DNA from: an uncultured SAR86 cluster bacterium
GTDB lineage: Bacteria > Pseudomonadota > Gammaproteobacteria > Magnimaribacterales > D2472
Length of the DNA: 64,000 bases
Assembly: GCA_902516285.1 (NCBI GenBank)
Contig: CABXXT010000001.1
Location: forward strand, 35,655-99,654
Direction of reading: 5' to 3'
Shown here: piece after piece, positions 58,791 to 64,000 of the stretch
Position numbering within the stretch: the first letter of the stretch is position 1
How the letters are laid out: each line of letters begins with the position of its first letter
Translations under genes and position numbers: made by a program
Notes under the pieces: generated by a model
Database searches by the model: none
What the model was told of the DNA's origin: nothing
Seen by the model: the letters and a program-made list of their open reading frames with translations, nothing else

Positions 58791-59599
58791 AAATAGTATC
58801 TTTTAATATAAATAGTATTCGTGCAAGGCCACATCAAATAGAGCATTTAAGGGATACTATTGATCCAGATATAATTGGTCTTCAAGAAACAAAAGTTAAT
58901 GATCCTGATTTCCCAATAGAGATGATTAATGAAATCGGATATCACGCGGAATATTGGGGACAAAAAGGTCACTATGGTGTGGCGATTCTAAGTAAGGTAA
59001 AGCCATTAAATACTGTAAAGGGGTTTATTGATGATAGTGAGGAGGACCAAAAAAGATTTATTCAATCGACCCATAAGTTAGGATCTCAGGAAATAGTAAT
59101 AATGAATGGATACTTTCCGCAAGGTGAAAATATCAATCATGAAACAAAGTTTCCTAAAAAAGTTAAGTTTTATAATGATCTTGAACAACATATTTCTGAA
59201 CTAAAAAAACATTCGAAAAATCTAATTGTAATGGGTGACTTTAATGTATCTCCGGAGGATATTGATATTGGAATTGGCGAGCATAATGCAAAAAGATGGC
59301 TAAGAGATGGTAAAACTTCATTTCAGCCTCAAGAAAGAGAAATGTGGAACAAAATTAAAGATTTGGGTTTTGTAGATACATGGAGAGTTATAAATCAAAA
59401 CGAATCCTCAATTTATTCTTGGTTTGACTATAGATCAAGAATGTTTGACCAAGATCCTAAAAGAGGCCTCAGAATAGATCATATTTTGCTTTCAGAAAAT
59501 CTTAAAAGCACTATTAATAAAGTTGGCATAGACTATCAGGCTAGAGCAATGGAAAAACCATCTGATCATTGTCCTGTATGGCTGGAGATTAATGAGTGA
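58787..59599 (+). CDS. xthA: exodeoxyribonuclease III (XthA)
   Basis: 270 aa. ExoIII/AP-endonuclease motifs (SFNINSIR, LQETK, GDFNV, SDHCPV). Confidence 0.93.
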   Translation: MKIVSFNINSIRARPHQIEHLRDTIDPDIIGLQETKVNDPDFPIEMINEIGYHAEYWGQKGHYGVAILSKVKPLNTVKGFIDDSEEDQKRFIQSTHKLGSQEIVIMNGYFPQGENINHETKFPKKVKFYNDLEQHISELKKHSKNLIVMGDFNVSPEDIDIGIGEHNAKRWLRDGKTSFQPQEREMWNKIKDLGFVDTWRVINQNESSIYSWFDYRSRMFDQDPKRGLRIDHILLSENLKSTINKVGIDYQARAMEKPSDHCPVWLEINE

Positions 59600-60029
59600 A
59601 ATAGAGTTCAGGACTCCAAATTCAAAAAATGAATTTTTAGAATATGACTTATTTCGTTGGAGGCTTTTAAGAAAACCTATAGGTAAAACAATTGAATCTT
59701 TAAAAGATGATTTTGAAGATTTTAGTTTTCATTTAATAGGGATTAAAGATAATCAAATTATTGCTTGTGGCAGACTTCACTTTAATACTAAAACTGAGGC
59801 TCAGATAAGGTATATGGCTGTTGAAAAAAATTTTCAAAGAAATGGGATTGGAAGAAAGATTCTAAAAATTTTAGAAAAAGAAGCAAAAAATAAAAATGCT
59901 AGAAAAATAGTCCTTAATGCCAGAGATCATGCAATTAATTTTTATAAATCAACTAAGTACAAAGTTGTAGGCAAATATAATGGTTCAGATACTGGAATTC
60001 CACATACAACAATGGAAAAAAAAATTTAG
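59592..60029 (+). CDS. GNAT-family N-acetyltransferase
   Basis: 145 aa. Acetyl-CoA motif A (VEKNFQRNGIGRKIL). Confidence 0.8.
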   Translation: MSEIEFRTPNSKNEFLEYDLFRWRLLRKPIGKTIESLKDDFEDFSFHLIGIKDNQIIACGRLHFNTKTEAQIRYMAVEKNFQRNGIGRKILKILEKEAKNKNARKIVLNARDHAINFYKSTKYKVVGKYNGSDTGIPHTTMEKKI

Positions 60030-60494
60030 CTACCTTCTTTTTTCGAAAAAGCTTTTAAGTAAATCAGTGCTCTCCTTTTGCATCAATCCATACTCATATT
60101 CAACTCTATGATTGAGATGTCTTGCATCTAAAAAGTTGTCAATTGAAATAATGCATCCTGTTTTTGGTTCTAAAGTTGAAAAGATAACGGACTTCAATCT
60201 TGAATCAACTATAGCTTTTGCACACATATGACAGGGTTCAAGAGTTACATACATCTGACAGTTTACTAATCGATAATTTTGAATATTTTTTGAAGCATCT
60301 TTAATAGCATTGATTTCAGCATGTGAAGTAACGTCATTGTTGATAATTACATTGTTACGTCCTCTTCCAATAATTTTTCCATTATTAACAATAATTGCAC
60401 CAACAGGGACTTCATTATAGTTATAGGATTCTTGAGCTAATTCAAAAGCCTCGCTCATAAAAGCTTTATCTTGTTGAGAAAACATTTTAATCAA
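60030..60494 (-). CDS. tadA: tRNA adenosine(34) deaminase TadA
   Basis: 154 aa. CDA zinc motifs HAEINAI and PCHMCAKAI. Confidence 0.92.
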   Translation of the reverse strand: MIKMFSQQDKAFMSEAFELAQESYNYNEVPVGAIIVNNGKIIGRGRNNVIINNDVTSHAEINAIKDASKNIQNYRLVNCQMYVTLEPCHMCAKAIVDSRLKSVIFSTLEPKTGCIISIDNFLDARHLNHRVEYEYGLMQKESTDLLKSFFEKRR

Positions 60495-61021
60495 TAAAAC
60501 TCTAAATGAGCTATATCAACTTGTGCACTAAAATCTTTACCATATGCAGCGATAGCTAGCGTCTCAATATTTCTAGTATTCATCTTGTTTCTAATGTAAA
60601 AATTTGATTTTTTGAAATCATTGAATGGAATTTCAATTGATGTCCAATTTTGATCAGGTTTGAAAGAGACAATGTACCTATCCCAAGGGAATCGGCACGC
60701 TGGGGTTCTTATCCAGATAAAATATTCATCCTCAGTTCCCCTTACTGTTAACCTTACGCCATTATATTTAGACAAATCGTCTTGAATCCTAACAACTGAC
60801 TGAATAAAACCACCGTTGTTTTTCGTACTTACATTTCCTTCTAGTCTGTAAAACTTCTTTTCGTTTTCTTTCAGTAAATTAAAATTTACTTCCGAAATGC
60901 CTCCCATTACTTGATCAGAGATTGATCTCCAATCAGCACGAATATCATCTAAATTATCTATTATCATTGAGAAGGAAGTCGTTGAAAATAGCATCAAAAG
61001 AAAATAACATTTCTTGAACAT
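60491..61021 (-). CDS. CIA30-domain (complex I intermediate-associated protein 30-like) secreted protein
   Basis: 176 aa. Signal peptide and a W-x5-D-x-VMGG-x-S pattern (DWRSISDQVMGGISEV) typical of CIA30-like beta-sandwich domains. Confidence 0.6.
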   Translation of the reverse strand: MFKKCYFLLMLFSTTSFSMIIDNLDDIRADWRSISDQVMGGISEVNFNLLKENEKKFYRLEGNVSTKNNGGFIQSVVRIQDDLSKYNGVRLTVRGTEDEYFIWIRTPACRFPWDRYIVSFKPDQNWTSIEIPFNDFKKSNFYIRNKMNTRNIETLAIAAYGKDFSAQVDIAHLEFY

Positions 61022-61023
61022 AT

Positions 61024-62178
61024 TTAATCTAGATTGACTTCTTTTTCTGCTTCAAACCAAGGCAAGTCAACAACAATTGAGGATATTTTTTCATAAGGTG
61101 CCTGGACGATTATCTCAGTTCCTGGTTTAGAATAGTGAATATCAACTATTGCTAAGCCAATATTTTTTTCTAATCTTGGTGAGTAAAAGCATCTTGAAAG
61201 TCGCCCAATTTTTGTATCCTTACCATCAAGCACTGGCCAAAAATTCTCTGGTACTTTTAAAATTGGTTCACCTTCAAGCTCAACACCAACAAGTTTTTCT
61301 TTTAATCCAGCTTTGTTGATTCTTTTTAAGGCCTCTTTACCTATAAAATCAATTTCCTGATCCAGGTCAATCAATCTTTCTAACCCAATCGTATAGGGGC
61401 TATGTTCTCGACCAAAATCACTTCCATAAGATAAAAGTCCACCTTCTATTGTTCTAATTGTATTCGGAGCAATTACAGCACCATTAAATTCCTTTGCGGC
61501 CTCGTATACAATTTCAAAAAGCTCATTACCTAATTTTCTATCTTGCAAATAGAGTTCATAGCTTAATTCTCCACTCCAACCAGTTCTTGCAATTACCATT
61601 GGAATTTTCTCGATAGATGTCTTTCTAGCTTTATAGTAACCAAGATCATCATGCTCTCCATTAAATAGTTTTTGAATTAATTTTCCAGATTTAGGTCCAC
61701 TTATTTGTAAGGGAGATACATCAGGCTCAATTACAGTCACATCCAGTCCAGAATTTATTGCAATGCCTTGGAGCCACAAAAGCACATCTCCATCACCTGG
61801 AGAAATCCAAAATTTATTATCTTCAAGTCTCAATAAACAAGCATCATTTATTATTCCACCATCCGAATCCATCAACAAAATATATTTGCAAAAACCTATT
61901 GAGCATTTTGATAAATTTCTAGGAGTAATAAGCCTTACAAAAGCATATGCATCTGGTCCAGTAATTTCTACCTGACGTTCGGCAGCAAAATCTCCAAAAG
62001 TAACATCGTTAACCAGGCTATGATACTCTTTCTCTGGCCCAGAGAATCCGGTAGGTAAATACATTTTATTGTAGACAGTAAAGCCAGTAACTCCGTATTT
62101 TAGCGTAGAATCAAAATAAGGCGATTTCCTAATTCTTGATCCGATACCTATAAGCAGTGGCAGCTTTGATGTTGACAT
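61024..62178 (-). CDS. GcvT-family aminomethyltransferase, DmdA-like (possible DMSP demethylase)
   Basis: 384 aa. It is not canonical GcvT, because the FDVSHM motif is replaced by FGDFAAERQVEITGPDA. The string of motifs SRIRKSPYF / FTVYNKMYLPTGF / ITPRNL / GGIINDACLLRL..NKFWIS / EPDVSPLQISGPKS / IEGGLLSYGSDF is collinear with DmdA as I remember it. Family confidence is high; the specific substrate is uncertain. Confidence 0.6.
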   Translation of the reverse strand: MSTSKLPLLIGIGSRIRKSPYFDSTLKYGVTGFTVYNKMYLPTGFSGPEKEYHSLVNDVTFGDFAAERQVEITGPDAYAFVRLITPRNLSKCSIGFCKYILLMDSDGGIINDACLLRLEDNKFWISPGDGDVLLWLQGIAINSGLDVTVIEPDVSPLQISGPKSGKLIQKLFNGEHDDLGYYKARKTSIEKIPMVIARTGWSGELSYELYLQDRKLGNELFEIVYEAAKEFNGAVIAPNTIRTIEGGLLSYGSDFGREHSPYTIGLERLIDLDQEIDFIGKEALKRINKAGLKEKLVGVELEGEPILKVPENFWPVLDGKDTKIGRLSRCFYSPRLEKNIGLAIVDIHYSKPGTEIIVQAPYEKISSIVVDLPWFEAEKEVNLD

Positions 62179-62283
62179 ATTTACCTTTGTTTTTTTTGCT
62201 ATTTTAATCCTAAAATATTGCTATAGTAAATGAATAATTTCGATATTTAGACTATTATCTATTAAAGGAATTAGGGGAGCATT

Positions 62284-63387
62284 ATGGGTAAAAAAAGATT
62301 TTTTGATGACAGATTAAAATATCTATCGTTTATTCAAAATACAAGTGAAAAAAAATGTATTTCTGAAAGAATTTATCCTCATGTTGCAAGTATGCCTGAG
62401 AATAAAACTTACCTAAGAATCTTAGATGCTGGTACTGGTGACGGAACTATTAAATCAAATGTAATTAAAAGTTTTCATAGATATCATCCATATACTTCTC
62501 TGTTAATTACTGGAAAAGAAGTAAGTTATGAGGATCTTAAAAATACACTAGAAAAAATGCCTGACAGATTTGTTGAACATCCAAATCTATTAGTTACCAT
62601 GACCAATGTTAAATTTTCTGAATTAGGTTCTATAGAAAGTTCAAATAAAATTGATGATAAAAAAGTTAAAAAATTTAATCTTGTTTTAAAAAGTGATAAT
62701 TCATTTGATTTTAATCAACAAATCACAGGAAGCTTACTTGGGAGTTTCATTAAAAAAAATTGGGGAATTGAAATAGATTCAAAGGGAAGAACTTCATACT
62801 CTAATCCTTGTATTGTAAGAATCTATAGAGATGACCATAAAAGATACTTAGAATCTTTTATTGAAAATGATTACGAAAATAATAATTACGATTTAATTAT
62901 TGCCTCTCAAGCATATAGGGCAGCTGCAAGCGTAAACTCAAAAGTAAAAAATGTTATAGGGCCTCTAATGAGGCTTCTTAATAAATCTGGAAAGCTCCTT
63001 GTAACTCATTCTTCTGGAGGTCGTACCGTGCAAAAAATTTTAAAGGTTGCATTTAAAGACAAAGAAGCTTTCCCAAATACAGCAAAAGATATTGTTGATT
63101 ACTTAAAAGATAACCCTGTAGGAGAAAATAATCGATATTCATTTGTAAAACCAATTAGTTATGGTTTTAACTTTAAAAGAGCTCCAGATCAAACTGTAGC
63201 TGAGTTATTTGGTCATGGTATAGATGCTAAGTGGGCAAATATCCTTTATGTGGGGCAAATTCCTGAAAAAGATATTCAAGCTTTAGATAGTAAAACAGCT
63301 CTTATTCAGAAGGTAAAAAATGAAATAAAAAAAGCAGGTCAAATACAATTTAAGAATGAAATGTTTACAATTAAAAAATTAAGATAG
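62284..63387 (+). CDS. hypothetical protein with class-I SAM-methyltransferase-like motifs
   Basis: 367 aa with a good SD (GGGGAG). Motif-I-like ILDAGTGDGT, acidic post-I (LLITGKE), then after a >100-aa insertion YDLIIASQAY and LLNKSGKLLV. No specific family recognised. Confidence 0.45.
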   Translation: MGKKRFFDDRLKYLSFIQNTSEKKCISERIYPHVASMPENKTYLRILDAGTGDGTIKSNVIKSFHRYHPYTSLLITGKEVSYEDLKNTLEKMPDRFVEHPNLLVTMTNVKFSELGSIESSNKIDDKKVKKFNLVLKSDNSFDFNQQITGSLLGSFIKKNWGIEIDSKGRTSYSNPCIVRIYRDDHKRYLESFIENDYENNNYDLIIASQAYRAAASVNSKVKNVIGPLMRLLNKSGKLLVTHSSGGRTVQKILKVAFKDKEAFPNTAKDIVDYLKDNPVGENNRYSFVKPISYGFNFKRAPDQTVAELFGHGIDAKWANILYVGQIPEKDIQALDSKTALIQKVKNEIKKAGQIQFKNEMFTIKKLR

Positions 63388-63797
63388 TGAAAATTCTTAT
63401 CATGGGCCTTCCTGGAAGTGGTAAAACATACTTAGCAGAAAGATTGCAGCCTCTGTTAAATGCTGCTTGGTATAATGCTGATATAGTTAGAAGAATGGCA
63501 AATGATTGGGACTTCTCTCCCGAAGCAAGAATAAGACAAAGTTTAAGAATGAAAAACCTTGCAGATTTTGAAAAAAAACAAGGAAGAATTGTAATATGTG
63601 ATTTTGTTTGTCCAACCAAAGAAACAAAAGATAATTTTGATCCTGACATTACAATTTGGATGAATACAATAGAATCAGGTAGATATGAAGATACCAATAA
63701 AATGTTTGAAAAACCAAAAGAGGTTAATTTTGTTATTACAGAAATGAATGACAATAATCACAAGATAATTTCAAAAAAAATTCTAAATCATGTTTGA
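63387..63797 (+). CDS. short P-loop kinase, adenylylsulfate (APS) kinase-like
   Basis: 136 aa. GTG start sharing one base with the upstream stop (TAGTG). Walker A GLPGSGKT, then NADIVRR...DFSPEARIRQSLRMKNLA...IVICDFVCPTKETK collinear by eye with CysC (LDGDNVR...GFS.EDR.ENIRR...ISP.R). Lid/C-terminal region shortened. Confidence 0.55.
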   Translation: MKILIMGLPGSGKTYLAERLQPLLNAAWYNADIVRRMANDWDFSPEARIRQSLRMKNLADFEKKQGRIVICDFVCPTKETKDNFDPDITIWMNTIESGRYEDTNKMFEKPKEVNFVITEMNDNNHKIISKKILNHV

Positions 63798-64000
63798 TCC
63801 AAAAAAACCTACAGTTCAAATGCTAGGACGATGGCAACCATGGCATCAAGGCCATCAGGAATTATTTAAAAGATGTATAGCAAAAACAGGGCAAGTTATT
63901 ATTCAAGTTCGAGATGTTGAAGGAGCCTCGGGTGGAGCTGGGCAAAATGATAATCCATTTTCATGGAAAGAAGTTTGTAAGAGTATAGAAGATGGTCTAA
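63790..64000 (+). CDS. nucleotidyltransferase (cytidylyltransferase-like, NadM/NMNAT-type HxGH motif), 5' part only
   Basis: Open to the window end (70 codons). ATG 63790 overlaps the kinase stop by 8 nt. MLGRWQPWHQGHQELF resembles the GRFQPFHxGH motif of archaeal-type NMN adenylyltransferases. Not in the ORF track because it has no stop. Confidence 0.55.
   Translation, partial: MFDPKKPTVQMLGRWQPWHQGHQELFKRCIAKTGQVIIQVRDVEGASGGAGQNDNPFSWKEVCKSIEDGL

Noticed and set aside
62195-62260. AAATAT...ATATTT inverted repeat in the spacer between the dmdA-like and MTase-like genes
   Set aside because: 6-bp A/T-only arms with a spacer of more than 20 nt are expected by chance in AT-rich DNA.
63371-63754. 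127-aa minus-strand ORF covering almost the whole kinase-like gene
   Set aside because: The plus strand encodes a Walker A loop and APS-kinase-collinear motifs and is overlap-coupled to its neighbours. The minus-strand product has no motif.
1-64000. Looked for CRISPR repeats, IS elements or transposases, integrases, prophage genes, toxin-antitoxin pairs, restriction-modification or other defence modules, rRNA, and riboswitch or attenuator leaders
   Set aside because: None were found. No spaced direct-repeat arrays, no mobility-gene motifs in any frame of the ORF track, and spacers (maximum 126 bp) are too short for structured leaders or additional ncRNA genes beyond the tRNA.

Overview
AT-rich, very gene-dense chromosomal segment. 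I call 68 protein-coding genes (2 cut by the window edges), one tRNA-Asn(GTT), two canonical gammaproteobacterial LexA boxes and two candidate operator palindromes. Summing the gaps between my calls gives only about 1.2-1.3 kb (~2%) of non-coding DNA. I saw no rRNA, CRISPR array, transposase, integrase, prophage or recognisable defence genes. Most of the content is core metabolism and maintenance: uvrB, lpxH, umuDC, acnB, purF-cvpA-accD, trpFBA, truA, asd, leuCDB, aroC, prpBCD, queH, thrH, lexA, topA, pyrD, galU, nadK, prc, xthA and tadA. There is also a lipid/branched-acyl-CoA catabolic block: an Atu-like carboxylase cluster, two tandem acyl-CoA dehydrogenase (ACAD) pairs, an acyltransferase, a nitronate-monooxygenase-like gene and a GH3 glycosidase. 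Gene order (purF-cvpA-SPOR-accD...trpF-truA-fimV-asd-leuB-leuD-leuC; lexA-two small ORFs-topA) resembles what I remember of Pseudomonas. The host is therefore probably a streamlined low-GC gammaproteobacterium; a marine SAR86-like lineage is my guess, by inference only. I did not find an unambiguous new system. The best second-look candidates are: (1) two adjacent ACAD pairs in which only the first subunit keeps a catalytic Glu, the signature of alpha2beta2 heteromeric ACADs, one pair sitting inside a rearranged Atu-like cluster with an embedded TetR gene; (2) an exported MsrA-CPYC thioredoxin-fold-MsrB fusion with unusual domain order; (3) a DmdA-like GcvT-family gene; (4) an uncharacterised methyltransferase-like / short APS-kinase-like / NadM-like nucleotidyltransferase operon running off the right edge; (5) a LexA box filling the middle of a 60-bp divergent region that also heads a 19-kb co-directional gene array; (6) all eight convergent protein-gene junctions overlap or are no more than 1 nt apart. 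All functional calls come from motif and by-eye homology recognition, with no searches run.
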